From the NCBI GenBank assembly GCA_977862235.1, contig OZ374559.1, positions 2,542,001 through 2,606,000 on the forward strand: a stretch of DNA of 64,000 bases. The letters run 5' to 3'. Shown here piece after piece: positions 1-12,226 of this stretch (the first letter of the stretch is position 1; every line of letters starts with the position of its first letter). A model generated the notes under the pieces. That model saw only the letters and a list, made by a program, of their open reading frames with translations. It did no database searches and was not told where the DNA came from. The position numbers and the translations under genes were made by a program. This stretch comes from Dudresnaya verticillata. Lineage: Eukaryota.

Positions 1-466
1 TACACGACCCCCTCCGAAAACGCGAACACGTCAACCTGCTTCAGCCTGCCTGCCTTCCTGCGTCTGCGTTTCTTCCAGTGCCGATCGTGTCGGTCACTCG
101 CGCCTTCGCGTCTGTATTTGCCCGCCCTTGGCGTTGGTTGAGCCCCGTCCAAGACGCACGTTCAGTTGCCCATCCGCCTTTGGCGTAGGAACAATTGCCG
201 TCGAAGACGTGTCGTTGAGTAACTTCGCCAGTGGCGTGCGTGAAACCCCGTCGTTGACGTCGTATATATGCACGCGTGCGTGCGCTTATCGCCTAGGGCG
301 TTTCTTTGAGGTTCGCCTTCGGCGTTGTTCGGTCCAGCGTCGTTGACGTGTGTTTTGTTTGCTTCCGCCTTTGGCGTAGTTGACTCGACTTCGGAGTCCA
401 GGACCGTCGTTGACGTATCGTGTGAGTTTCGCCAGTGGCGTGTGATTGCCCAACGTCTCAGACGTA

Positions 467-2773
467 ATGGCGCAGTTCAATGGCCTAAAAGTGGCTGCGC
501 TTTCGGCGGCGCCGGTGTATCCGTCGCCCTTCGACTTTGCCGGGAGGACTCCCCGCAACGATGCGCGATTATTCTCGCGGGCCCCCTGGTTCGACCAGGA
601 GGCCCTGCGACACGAGGACCTCATCACCCATTACGCTGTGAGCGGATTTCTGCCAGGGGAGTTGCCCCTGGCCGTCGTTTGGACGAACGAGTGGCGCCAT
701 CGGTGCGCCATTCCGAGGGGTTGGCTGCGTATTGCCGCCGGTCAGACGCGTGCAGATGCGCATGCGCGTTTCGTCGTTGACGTGTATCGGCGGTTTACCC
801 GCTATCCGGGGTCGGTATTGACGCCCACCGTCTTTGCATTTGACGCAGGGCAGTACTGCACAAATGGCGAAGTTGGGTATGGGGACCTTCTTGGGACGTT
901 GTCATTAAGCCATGTGGCTGTTTCGGCTGAGCCGCGGGTGCTTCAGGAGGCTAACCTCCTTGGTGTACGCTTGAAAGCGGATTTCCGATACTTGCATAGG
1001 ACGGGCACCTTCTATTGGGAGTGCTGCGTCCGTTGGGAGTGCGAAACGCGCCGCCGCAGAGGCGCTTTTGTGCCGTATCAAGATACGCAAGTCGATCGCA
1101 TTGAGCGGGAAAAGTTGCCGCATTGCTTCATTCGCGTCCCGCCGTTGTGGTGGGACTTTGAGGTCTGCGAGGGCTTTGCGGCTGAGTTGCCCCCGTGTGT
1201 CACGTATATTGGCTCCGAGTTGCGGACGGATCCGTACTCCCGATGTTGGATCGTATTTTTCACCGAGTGGGTCATCAACGTAACTTACGCATGGATGTGG
1301 GAAGTGTATGACACCTTCCGGCTATATTATGTGCCGCCACGCGTAGTCAGCCTCCTTGGTGGGCTTGACTTGACCGAAGTGCTGGGCGGTGCCAGGAACT
1401 GTCAAGAGTTCTGGGATCTACGCCATGTGGCGGATAACGTCAACTGGGACGACCCGGCTGCTGTGCCGCCGGGAAACAGGCGCCGTAAGGCAAACTGTCC
1501 GCGTTACGCGATGAGTAGGAATCATTCCGCCTGTGGCGATTGGGTATGGTACAAACCGTGGACCAAACGTCTTACGACGGAGAACATCGCTGAGAGCCAT
1601 CGTCGTATGGACCGCTTCACGCCAGCGAATCACCCACGTGGGTTGCGCAAGAATTGCGACTTTGCGGGGGACTTCCCACCCCACTTGAGCGCCTTGATGG
1701 CGGAGGAGGATGCGTTCCACGCTAGCAGCGGACCGGTTAACCCGTCTGGGACGGACGTCATTACGCCTATGGCGGTTGAGCTTACTGCCGGGGTGACAGC
1801 TCCCGCGACGATTTCGCCAGCCGTGGTAGGACCGTCGGCTGTGGTGCCTGTTGGCTTGCCGTCGGTTGTGCCGTTGGATCTCTCGGCGCCCGTCAATGAC
1901 GGTGATGGTGATGTCATCATTTCTGCGCCCGTGGCGAGTTCTGCGTCTGCAGTTACGCCTCAAGGCGGCTTGTCCAACGTCGCTGACGGTGCGAATCGCC
2001 CTCCTGCAGTGCCAGAATGGACTGAGGAGCAGCGCCGCACGGTGCTCGCATTCTTGCGAGCCACCGGTGTCGTCACTGAAGGGTCTGGTGGGTCATCCAC
2101 GACGCCCCTCGGGCATTCGCTGCTGGCTGCTCTGAAGCCCATCGTTGCTGCGGTTCCGGCGTCGACCGTCGTTGCGACTGTGCCGTCTAACGAAGAAGGT
2201 GCGGCGTCTAATGACGGAGTGGCGAAAAAGCCTTTGTCGCCTAAGGCGGGTTGTGCGGGTTCATCCGCCATTGCGTCCACTGACGTTGCTAACAAAATTC
2301 CGCCAAAGACGAGTGCGGTGGTAGCGCCTACGGCGGTTCCGCAGGCTCCAGTGGCCTCTTCGTCGGTGTCGGATGTTGATCGTTCAACGCCTTTGGCGGT
2401 TAATGCGGTCCCGTCACTGGAGATGCCGGGGCCGTCGACTTCGCCCAAGGCGGTTGAGGATGCTCCGCCGCCAAAGGCGAGTGAGATTCCTGGTGTAGCA
2501 TCTAAGGCGGATAATGACTCTAGCGTTGCGCCTATGGCGGTTGACGAACACTCGTCGCCTAAGGCTGATTGTGAGCCAGGTGCGTCGCCAGCGGCGGATG
2601 TCGCGGCTTCGATGGCAGTGGCTGTGGCGGGTCCCTTGCGGTCCGTCCCTGCCCCTGCTGCAAGCGCACCGTCGGTGAGGGAAGACGACCTCTACGAAGA
2701 GGCGTCAAGAGAATCCGCCAATGGTGTCGGGGATGATGCCCCATCTGGGCCGTCTGCGACGGAAAAGCCGTAG
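467..2773 (+). CDS. Antisense accessory ORF of Gypsy-A (~768 aa, unknown function; Trp/Tyr-rich N-terminal half, Ala/Pro/Ser/Val-rich tail)
   Basis: Uninterrupted ORF (TTG 446, first ATG 467), antisense to pol and 3' of integrase. TATATAT at ~263 and AATAAA at 2958. Shares motifs with 41668-43944 and 8060-10692. Confidence 0.8.
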   Translation: MAQFNGLKVAALSAAPVYPSPFDFAGRTPRNDARLFSRAPWFDQEALRHEDLITHYAVSGFLPGELPLAVVWTNEWRHRCAIPRGWLRIAAGQTRADAHARFVVDVYRRFTRYPGSVLTPTVFAFDAGQYCTNGEVGYGDLLGTLSLSHVAVSAEPRVLQEANLLGVRLKADFRYLHRTGTFYWECCVRWECETRRRRGAFVPYQDTQVDRIEREKLPHCFIRVPPLWWDFEVCEGFAAELPPCVTYIGSELRTDPYSRCWIVFFTEWVINVTYAWMWEVYDTFRLYYVPPRVVSLLGGLDLTEVLGGARNCQEFWDLRHVADNVNWDDPAAVPPGNRRRKANCPRYAMSRNHSACGDWVWYKPWTKRLTTENIAESHRRMDRFTPANHPRGLRKNCDFAGDFPPHLSALMAEEDAFHASSGPVNPSGTDVITPMAVELTAGVTAPATISPAVVGPSAVVPVGLPSVVPLDLSAPVNDGDGDVIISAPVASSASAVTPQGGLSNVADGANRPPAVPEWTEEQRRTVLAFLRATGVVTEGSGGSSTTPLGHSLLAALKPIVAAVPASTVVATVPSNEEGAASNDGVAKKPLSPKAGCAGSSAIASTDVANKIPPKTSAVVAPTAVPQAPVASSSVSDVDRSTPLAVNAVPSLEMPGPSTSPKAVEDAPPPKASEIPGVASKADNDSSVAPMAVDEHSSPKADCEPGASPAADVAASMAVAVAGPLRSVPAPAASAPSVREDDLYEEASRESANGVGDDAPSGPSATEKP

Positions 2774-3975
2774 CTTTGTTGGATCGTTAAGAACGGTTCG
2801 TGGGCGCGAGAGTGCGTGTGGTGTCGCTCCGCTTGTCCCGCAGCGGGGCGGCGAGCGAGGGATTCTTACGTCATAGACGGTTAGTGCCGCGTCTCACGAC
2901 GTAGGTCGTAGTGGAAGGTCATACGGGCACGGGGGTTACCCTCGCTTGTGAAGCCCGAATAAACTTGACCGTTATCAAAAGTAGTTGCTTATGTGTCCGC
3001 TTGATGTAGAGCGCTGCGATAGCGAATAGTATGTAGCCGACGGGTCCCGTTCGTATAGACGTTGTTGTTGTCTGTCCGCTGTAGTAGCGTTTGCGTAAAA
3101 GCTTGGGGCAGTGCCGCCTTGATGACGTTTTCCCTTTTCTTGATGCCGCTACAGTAGCGTAAGTCCTTTTGGGAGGACCCATATTCTTATGCCGCTTAGT
3201 CGTTTTGTTCAGATCATGATTCCGCTTGTTAAGCGAATATGTAGTTTGGGAGCCGTTTATCGGTTGGCTTTTCGTCCTTGACGTAGGGCATGTTGGGTTA
3301 GCGTCGGGGACGGTTAGGTTGGCGATGCGCCGCGAGTTGGAAGCGTTTCCTGCGACTCCTGGGTGCGGCTGCCGCGCCCAGCGGCGGAGTCATTTTTGCG
3401 ATTAGCGCGTCGTGCACGAAACGTAGCTCAACTCCATCTTCGGCGACTGTTTATTCTCTCGTGTTTGCGGGCGACCCCTTTTTCGACTTGAGACACGTCG
3501 TTGACGTTCGCGGTCGTCACCCTCGAGGTGGTTGCGTGCGCCGCCCGTAAGGGTGACGAGTTTCGGACTTGGCCGTGGTTGGCGCGCCTGGGTGAGAACG
3601 TCGGAGACGGTCTGTCGCGTCCGTGCTTGGTTGCCTCGTGGGCGCTCGAAGTGCTTGGGCACACACTTGTCAGGTTCTCGTTTGTTGGGCGCCGCCGCCT
3701 GGCTGGTGCCTTCGCGTTATTGTTTTCACATTAAAATTTTCCATTTCGTTTGTTGCCCGATTTCGTGTGGTGCGTGCGCCCTCCACGCCTTCTGACTACT
3801 GTCAGCCGTTCTATCCTTACGGACCCCCTCCGAAGAGGGTTGCCTATTCGCGTGTCGCCAACCCAGTCGTCCTTGATCCGGTTGATTACAGCCCCCGTCG
3901 TCCGTAACGAGTGAACGTCTGCGTCAATCCGTATGTGGCGTGTGTTTTCGCTTCCAGCGTCCACCCTGACTAGGG

Positions 3976-5769
3976 TTACCCGCGCTGCGCGTCGTCGATG
4001 TTTGGCGGCAATCGCGTGTGCTTCTGACGATGATACCGCACAACGTGCGATCGCGGTAGACTGGACATTGGTTCTCAGGTATTCGCTGAAGCGGGGTATC
4101 CAAACCACTTGACGCGGTAGAGGATCTCGCCGTCTTCCGCGTGTGCGTGCGACTCGATGCGTTCAATAACGTATTCTTTCCCGCTCACAGCGATCGGCTT
4201 GGATGTGGGCCCTTCCAGTGCCATTGGCGGTTCGTCTCGTTGCGTGATGGGCGTCTTCACCGGTTCTGCAAACCGTACTCGACGAGTCGATCGCCTAAGG
4301 CGCTGGGTCGGTGCCCCGAGCGCTTGCGTAGCGGGTTGTGGTTCGTCGCTTTTGTATACGGGTTCCCCGCTCCTAACGGCGTCCTTCGCGTTAGCGCGGT
4401 CTTCCTCATCGTCAGTCGATGCGCTCGAAGCGGGACCTACCGTAGTAGCTGGCGAAGCCGAGGTTGCGTGTTCCATTCGCGTACGGATGCCTGGACCCTC
4501 CTCCTCGTCGGAGACGGATTGCGATACACCGTCGTCGGGGTTAGCGGCGAAGGGCGAGAGCTCTGCTAACCCGCGACTTCGCGGCGTTGCATTCATTCGC
4601 TCCTGCGAGTCGTCCGTGCTTCGCGGTGTCCCTGTGCCTCCTGCCGGGTCCGCCTGTGGCCTGTCTGGGGTTCCTGCTCCTTCGTCGGTTGACGTGGGGG
4701 AAGTGGGCCCCGGCACGCGAGGTGGTCCCGGTGGTTGCACGGTTGCGGGGGCGGTGTGCCCTGGTGGGGTTGGCGCCCATACCACGCGGTCCCGGGATAA
4801 ACGTTCGCGTTCTCCGCGTCCCTTGTCGACAGTGACTGTCCCGTCGTCGACGTGAGTGACTCGATACGGTCCATCCGCCACAGGCGCGAGCTTGTGCTTG
4901 CGCTCTGAGCGATCGGTGCTCCCGCCGCGGGCGAAGTAATCCTTCCGCACGAATGCAAAGTCGCCCACAGCGATGTTCTCCTTCGATTTCCTCAGAAGAT
5001 TATCGAAGTTCCGTTTGTAACGCGCCTGCGTTTTCGCGAGCGACGCTTTAGCGGTTCCCATCAATGCGGACAGCCAGGTTCGCCATTTGGTGTAGAACTG
5101 TCCGGCAGTGGGCACGCTTTCAAGCGACGGCTCCGCTTCCAGCAACAATGGCCGTGGGGGCTTAGATAGCACCAGCTCGAATGGAGCGAGGTGGGTAGAC
5201 GAGTGCAGTTGCGTATTATACGCGAACGTCAGAGCATCGGTGAACAAATTTCAGTCCCTGGGGTGTTCTGCTACGTAGTGACGCAGAGAGGCGAGGATGG
5301 TTCGATTGAATCGTTCCACTTGGCCGTTACACTGCGGATGGTACGTAGTAGTGAAGATATTCTCCACCCCTAATATGCGGCAGACGTCCTGGAACAACTT
5401 GGCTACAAATTGGGGCCCATTGTCGGACAGCAGCTTCTTGGGTGGGCCATACACAAACACCCAGTGTCGAACAAATGCCTGAGCGATTTCCAATGCCGTA
5501 ATCTTACGTAAGGGGACCGTCCGGACCAGCTTCGAGAAGCGGTCCACGATGACGAGTAGGAACTTATTCCTCCGCTTAGTGCGTATGAGCTCCCCGAGTA
5601 TATCGATGGACACAAACTCGAGAGGGTCGGTTTCTGGGAACAGTTTCATCTCCTTCACGTTCTTTCGCATCAGTACCCGGTTCTTCGCGCAAGTAACGCA
5701 ATTGCGGACGGTCGCGTAACAATCCACCGACATAGACGGCCAATAATACTCGCGTCGAAGCGTATGGTA
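3976..5769 (-). pseudogene. Gypsy-A integrase core plus C-terminal chromodomain (two nonsense codons)
   Basis: CxxC of the zinc finger (CVTC) and the DDE motifs SIDILG, SDNGPQF and NGQVERFN. GPY motif (ADGPYRV). Chromodomain EYVIERI..YRVKWFGY..NT*EP. TGA replaces Trp at 5251 and 4075. Confidence 0.92.
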
Positions 5770-5786
5770 CACTACAAGGCCATTTC
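5770..5786 (+). repeat. Left terminal inverted repeat of the CACTA element
   Basis: CACTACAAGGCCATTTC, exact reverse complement of 25079-25095. Confidence 0.95.
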
Positions 5787-5970
5787 CTAAAATCTGCGAT
5801 ATTTTTAACGTATATTTTCAACCATATTATCACTTGGCCCGGTCCATTGCCGCCTGTCGCCGAAATGCAATTAGCAGTTCTGCTCACGCGCACCGCTACT
5901 GGCGTCACAGGGCAACAGAGGTTGTTTCTGGAAGCTCAATATCGCGGAAGCGACATTCGACACTTTTGCG

Positions 5971-7219
5971 TTGCGATTTCATCAACAGCATTGCACACGT
6001 GCAACGTGTTGGTACCAAATCGTTCGCATCATGCACCTCGAGGTGCACGATGGTTTTGACGAAGAGCCGCGCGCTGTCGCGCATGCTCGTGCCGACGCAG
6101 CGCAAGGCGGCCATGTTTGCCGCTCAGTTCTCGATGACCCTGGCCTTTCTGCTGCTTCGCGCCGCCTCTCGATCTCCCCGATATTCTTCGAATTGCTGGC
6201 TGTGTGGACCGCACACACTCTCCCAAAGACCGCCAAAGCGCCCTACCACCTCATCGAGCTAGGCCCCGGTACAGGCGCATTTCTCTCCACAGCCTTTCCA
6301 GCGCTGTCTTGCCTCGGCCACACACCAACCTCCGTGACGCTAGTGAACACCAGCGACTCGCTGCGCAAGACGCAACGCGCCGCCCTCTCCGCGCCGCACC
6401 TCCCGCGGCGCGGCGCTGTCGTGGACCCCATCACTGGAGCACGTACTGTCAACAGATGGTGGCACCCCGCCACGAAGAGTATTCGTGCTTCACGAGTTCC
6501 TAGACGCGTTGCCCGTGAACGTTTTTCAGCGAGCATCCGATGGAGAGCCCAGCGCTGATGAGTGGCACCAGCGGCTGGTCGACATCGATCCGGACGTTGA
6601 CGACGAGCAGGCGCAATTGCGCCTTGTACTCACGGCTTCGAAGACGCCGGCGCATAAACTGCTGCAGCTGCACCCGCCGCCGCGCGACGCGTGCATCGCA
6701 GAGGTTGGAGCGGAGCGCATAGCAACCGTGCAAGCAGTTGCGCGGGCCGTGAGAGATGGGGGTGGGGCTGCGCTACTTGTTGACTATGGGAAAGACAGGC
6801 ATACTGGCGATACGCTTCGGATTTTCAGCAGACATGAGCAGGTGGACGTGCTGCATCGGCCGGGCGAATGCCAGCTCACGGCGTATGTGGATTTTGCCAC
6901 GGTGCGCAGTGCTGTGGAGATGGTAAGTCGAGAGGGGGCTCAGGGCGTCAGTATGGCGGGGACAGTATCGCAGAGGGAGTTTGGTCTAAGCTTGGGGTTT
7001 TCAGAGAGGTTTCGACGGGTTGTTAAGGTTGTTATTGAACGCGGCGAGAAGAATGGGGAGAGCGGTGAGGTCATTGATAAGAAGATGGAGCAGTTGCAAA
7101 CGGATTATGAGAAACTGGTCGGCAAGACGGGGATGGGTGAATTGTTTCAGGTGGCCACCATTATCCCGGAGAAGATTGGAGACCTTTCAGGCGGACTTGA
7201 AGTGAATTCACTGTCTTAA
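5971..7219 (+). pseudogene. NDUFAF7: Captured, 5'-truncated NDUFAF7/MidA-family SAM-dependent methyltransferase fragment, frameshifted near 6430-6490
   Basis: Motifs ISPIFFELL, LIELGPGTG, HEFLDALPV, GAALLVDYG, DTLR..RHE..DVLHRPGE..LTAYVDF, VSQREF and MGELFQV match the MidA/NDUFAF7 family. The N-terminal GDF.TSPE region is missing and recognisable similarity starts at about 6170. Confidence 0.85.
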
Positions 7220-8059
7220 GACGTAGGATGTGTATCGGTAGCACTACCTTGGCATGCAAGCTTCGCGAGGGCAACTTTCCTTCTTTGCAGACAGTCGAGT
7301 GCTGAGGCGATCAGCTGTATCGAATGGAGCTGCACCGACATCGCGATGGTACCGCGGTACCTGTACAGGCGCAATTGCAATTAATCGAGAGCCGATTCGC
7401 ATCCCCCGGTTCTGCTAGCAGAAGCTTCGAGCAGTGCGGATGGTAAGCAGTAATTCTTCCAGGAAGGATGCAGCAGTCTCACTGCGCTCAGTGTTCACTT
7501 CACACTCAGCAGATTCACTCAATTGAGCTAGCTTTCGAACTACGCTTTGAGAGTCCCTCCCTAAGTCTCAGAGTCTGCCGGGGCTAAGCAACGCCATAGA
7601 CACTAGGCGCTCAATATCATCAACACCAGCGGCTTCTACACACGGTTCCGCCCATGCAAAATTTGAAGCATTACCTGCCTTGAGCCTGCTACGAGCTGAT
7701 CCCGGTTCCTTCCGCATGACAGAGCGTATCTCTTCCACCAGCGGTTTGAAGGGGGTGACCGTACGATTATGAACAACACAGGTCTGAAAATGGGCAGCCT
7801 CCGCAAAATTGTGGCCCTCACCATCGCGCCCAAATGAGTTTCCGATGAATGCAACCGGCGTGGCGCTGAACTTTCTTTTCCGCATTGCGCACACGCCCCG
7901 GGTAATGGACGGTTTGTAGGGATGCGCCGCCTTTTGCACTCCACAACCTTTCAAAGGCAGATTGACTCTCTTTGGGGTCTAGCTTTATTGATGCACCATT
8001 TGTTACATTGAGCAGATTTGAACTCATTCAACGAGATTCTCAGTTCTGAACAACACTAC

Positions 8060-10692
8060 TCAATGCTTCTTTGCTACACCACCCTTACTTCCCGAACCCT
8101 TCGCAGCTCCGGAACCGGCACTACTCTTACCACATTCAGCAACATGACCAGATCCCTCCAGTACCGCGCGCATTTCCGCGTCCATGGTGGGTGGGTGCCG
8201 GCTCATTACGCTATTGGAGCCCGGGTTGGCTGCCGACGCATGCTCCGCAATACCTGCGTTCGGTTCCGACGTCTGCTGGGACACAGCCCCATCCCTGTGA
8301 GATATCTTATTCGGACGTGAATCACCGCTCCGGGTCTGAAAGCCATTAACTGCTGCACTGCTGGGTCCGGCGTTCGCCTCAATCCCAACTGTGCTCGACG
8401 AACCCTTAAGAGGGCGCTTTCCTGCCGCGATTGCTTCTATATTATTGGCAATGCTGCCAGGCATCGGCACTTCGGGGATGGCCACTGCCTGCGTTCTTCT
8501 GTTCGGTTGAAATGGGCTGTCTATTCGTCGAATAGGAGTGCCCGGTCGAGGCGTGCGGGTTCCCGTTTCTTTTCTCAGCGGAGTGCCAGGACGCGTACGC
8601 GTGCCACGAGCATCCGGCTCGCGAATGTCAAGCACTGGAAGCTGCTCAGCGGAGCCGGCGGGCTGTTCTCTGGCCGCTGTTGTGCGCTCTTGAATAGCTG
8701 CTTCCCACGGGGGGATTGGCTGCTTATGGACTCTTTCCCCTATAGCAGACTGAGCCATGGCGTTGAAAGGGGTGTGGTGACTGTGACCGCCTCGCCCTCC
8801 TGTGGCACATGGATCTTGATACCCTTGACTTGACGTTTGATATCCTCGGACACCCTCACCGCGTTCGCGACTTGCATACCTGCTCGGTGGAGCCCTAGTA
8901 GTTCCCATATCACCAGCGTACTGGTTGAAATCGAACGATGAGTAGCTTGCCTGGTTGGCAGCTGTACGAGTGCTAGGACCCACGTAATCGCGTTGATTTG
9001 CGTAATGATCCGTGGTGTACACTCGGCGACCGTAACCAGCGCCCCTGTCGTGTTCACGATACGATCCATACTCCAGAGCGGGCTTCTTCGGATACATCAT
9101 CCTGTCGACGATGCCGTAAAGAACCTGCTGCGCCCCCTTTCTGTGTCCTTATGCTCTTTAGCTTTCTGTTCTGCGATCGCATGTTCGTTAGCGTTGACCT
9201 GCATCATGATGTCAAGCACTTGACGTACACTGGGATCACCGTTTGAAAAGTTCCAGTACGCAGTGACGTGGTGACGAAGCCCGCGAATTGCGTCGATATC
9301 GTGTCGGTCCATCTTGCTTTCCAGAGTTGTACTGTCCACGGTGTCATTGACATAACCTTCGGAGAACTCCATCTCATACTCTTCCTCCGTCCAGGTTCTT
9401 CTGGTGATGTAACTGTAGTACGTTGTGGTTCCAGAGTCGCGTACGCGGTCGGCTGTAGGCTCAAAGCCGGGGCCACTCACGGCCCATACAAACTTGCTGA
9501 AGACCGTCTCCTCGTTCACAAATCCGATCCAATTGTGCCAGTCCTTGTGGATTGCCTCTGCCTCATGCATCAGCTTCAGAATGGCGGCTGCCGGTACACC
9601 ACTGATGTCAGACACTTCGCCAAGATTATCATCGAGAACTCTAATTGTGTTTGGGGTGAGGACAAACATCTTCGAACCGTAAACAGCTTCATTAAACCAA
9701 GCCAGCATGAACATGACATAATACTCCATTTGAAGTACGAATAGAAGCCTTCGTGAGCGTTCTGAAAGCGGAGGTCCTGATTCCGAAACCACTTTCTCTG
9801 CACACTGCACAGCATCCCTCAGCTCCGTAAAGAAGTAGTACAAAACTGGTGGCGTGTAAACAGGAAGTGCCGAGGGCTGCTCGATATCCCAAACCCAGTT
9901 CTGGACCTTGGGATAGTACCCAGATAGCACATCGATTGGCAGCATTGACGTCTCAGGGCTGTCATGTGGGAGCCATAGCCTGTACCTATTACGGTTGAAG
10001 TGCTCCCGAAAGAATCCCGGACGCTTGCTGAAGGCGTGGAAGTGCCTTTTAACAAGCGAGTGCTTAAGCATAGGAATATCTTGCGGCACCAAGGCGGCTA
10101 CAGTGAGGCTGGGTGCCTCCCCCGCTATGGCCTCCATGTTGAGATATTCCTCCATGTCCTCGAGGTAGTGGCATTCTTTCGCTTCCCGCGCATGTGTCCG
10201 TGCAGTTCGAAGAGTCGTGGGTACATCAAATAGACGCTTAGCCCGCATGAACTTCGAGAACTCGTTCATGCACTTCTGTACGCCGACCTTTTCGGAAGCC
10301 TTCTTGAACAGAACCATGTCGGTGCGCGCGTTGGTGTTTCCTTGAACAAGATCGCGGTAGCTGTTCGTCTGAGACGGTTCCAGGTTCCACTCATGGTGAC
10401 CGCTGAGATTCTCAGCATCAATACTTGTCACAAGTGACCGTTCTTGGTCACGTCTGCCGTAAGCATATCGGCGATCACGGATGCGGCGTCCCCTTCCCAG
10501 GCCGTGGCGAGTTCTTCCACGATATCCTCCTCTTGAGAACTCATCATATGCTCCACGACCGCTGCCGTGGCTGAAGCCGTTATGAAACTGGTTAGCGTAC
10601 GCGTGACCATGATCGTTTCCATAAGCGTCGCTATTAACATGGGTGTTGCTCGGTCCAGCCCCATCCCCCTGCTGGTACGGGTTACCGGACAT
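8060..10692 (-). CDS. CACTA-borne homolog of the Gypsy antisense-ORF family (ATG 10692; probably one ~870-aa gene with a frameshift near 9135)
   Basis: ORFs 9097-11073 and 8060-9100 overlap, and the second frame reads GAQQVLYGIVDRMMYP across a G run. Core motifs KRPGFF, WDIEQPSALPVYTPPVLYY and EYYVMFMLAWFNE align with the two Gypsy antisense ORFs. RGG-rich N-terminus. Confidence 0.7.
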
Positions 10693-10739
10693 GTCGATAT
10701 CCAAATAGCAGCTAGCGACAGGGGCGACTCGATCGAGTG

Positions 10740-11520
10740 AAGCGGGCAGGCGGGCGAGCGAGGCAGCCCGGTGAGTGGGCACGGCGAATAGTTCAACAGC
10801 AGAAACTGACCAGGACGACGCGAAGCGGGTGGGCGAGGGAGCCCGATAGGCGAGCAAGCGAGCCAGACGAGCGGGCGCGGCGAGTAGAGCATAGCGTGTG
10901 GCGGTAGAAGCGACACGGGCGATGCGAAGCGGGCGGGCAAACGAGCCAACCAGGCGAGTAAGCGAGCCAGGTGAGCGGGCGCGGTGAGTAGAGCACAGCA
11001 GTAGAAAGGATTCAGGCGACGCGAGGCAGGCGGGTGGTGTAGGAAGGTGCGGAACGCAGAATGAAACCAGCACAAGCGCCCACGGCGACGCGAGGCGAGC
11101 AGACTAGCAAGGTAGCCAGGGGAGTGGGCGAGGCAAGAAGTGCAACAGCGAGCAACCAAGGTGACGACAAGCGGGCGGGAGCGCGAGACAGCCAGGCGGG
11201 CGGGCGCAGAGAGTAGTTCACCAGCAGCGAGCGGCCAAGGCGACGCGATCGCGTGAGGCGGGCGGGCGGGCAAGCGAGGCAGCCAGGCGAGTGGGCACGG
11301 CGAATATGTCAACAGCAGAAAGTGGCCAGAGCGACGCGAAGCCGGTGGGCGAGGGAGCCGGATAGGCGAGCAAGCGAGCCAGACGAGTGCACGCGGCGAG
11401 TAGAGCCCAGTAGCAGAAGCGACGCGGGCGATGCGAGGCAGGCGCGCGAGCGACCCAGGCAGGGGAGCAAGCGAGCCAGACGAGCGGACGCGGCGCGTAG
11501 AGCACAGCGGAGATGCGGGA
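10740..11520. repeat. Degenerate GC-rich direct repeats (~520-bp period with internal GCAAGCGAGCCAG subunits)
   Basis: 10773-10890 and 11289-11407 are near copies. The unit (GC)AAGCGAGCCAG recurs at ~10855, 10960, 11370 and 11468. The plus strand is T-poor. Confidence 0.75.
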
Positions 11521-12031
11521 GCAAAGCGGGCGCGTTCGCGATGGCAATGGGAAGAACAGCTACGCAATCCTAGTCGGCGGGTGAGGACGCCGGTCTCGGA
11601 GCGCTGATATCAAGCGTTCGCTGATAATGCCAGAGCCCGAGCGGGCTCGGCCGCCGCGGCCGCGGCGGGCGGCTGCTGCCCAAAGATCCCGCGCGGCGGC
11701 GTGCGCGCGACGGCCACAGGCGCGCACGAGCGCTCGTCAAGGCACTCTTCAGGCCACTGCCGCTTAGATTTGATATGAAATTATATGAAAAAGAGATGTG
11801 CTAGTAAGAGGCCGGTGTTTCCAATACGAGAACACTTGGCCAAATTAGAATGTGTACACAATGAGACGCACCGATTAATCGTTAATTCGTCACGGGGCGA
11901 GTGATCTGGCCAACGCTTTTGACAGAAACCAATAGAACGTACCACACTGGCCCCAACCCGGCGAAAGGCAGACAATTGCCTACGGTTAAGCGTGCGCTGA
12001 TCCCTCCGAGGACCCTACACTAACGTATGTA

Positions 12032-12226
12032 GAGCCATCACTTTTTATCGTCCCGCGGACAATGCCATTGAAACCCCTTGTTGTACAGTGCTGTATCCTT
12101 GCCACGGCAAAAATGTAATTTTTATGACCGTACATAAATAAAGTATCAGGAGCCATCACTTTTTATCGCCCCGGGGACAATGCCATTGACAACCCTTATT
12201 GTACATAACAGTACTGTATCCATGCC
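12032..12226. repeat. ~75-bp imperfect direct repeat, two copies
   Basis: GAGCCATCACTTTTTATCG...GGACAATGCCATTGA...TGTATCC.TGCCA at ~12032 and ~12150. Confidence 0.75.

Noticed and set aside
10428..11573. ORFs of 100-379 aa in the GC-rich repeat block, including the N-terminal extension of 9097-11073
   Set aside because: Low-complexity R/A/P/L translations that arise from biased composition. The likely start is the ATG at 10692.
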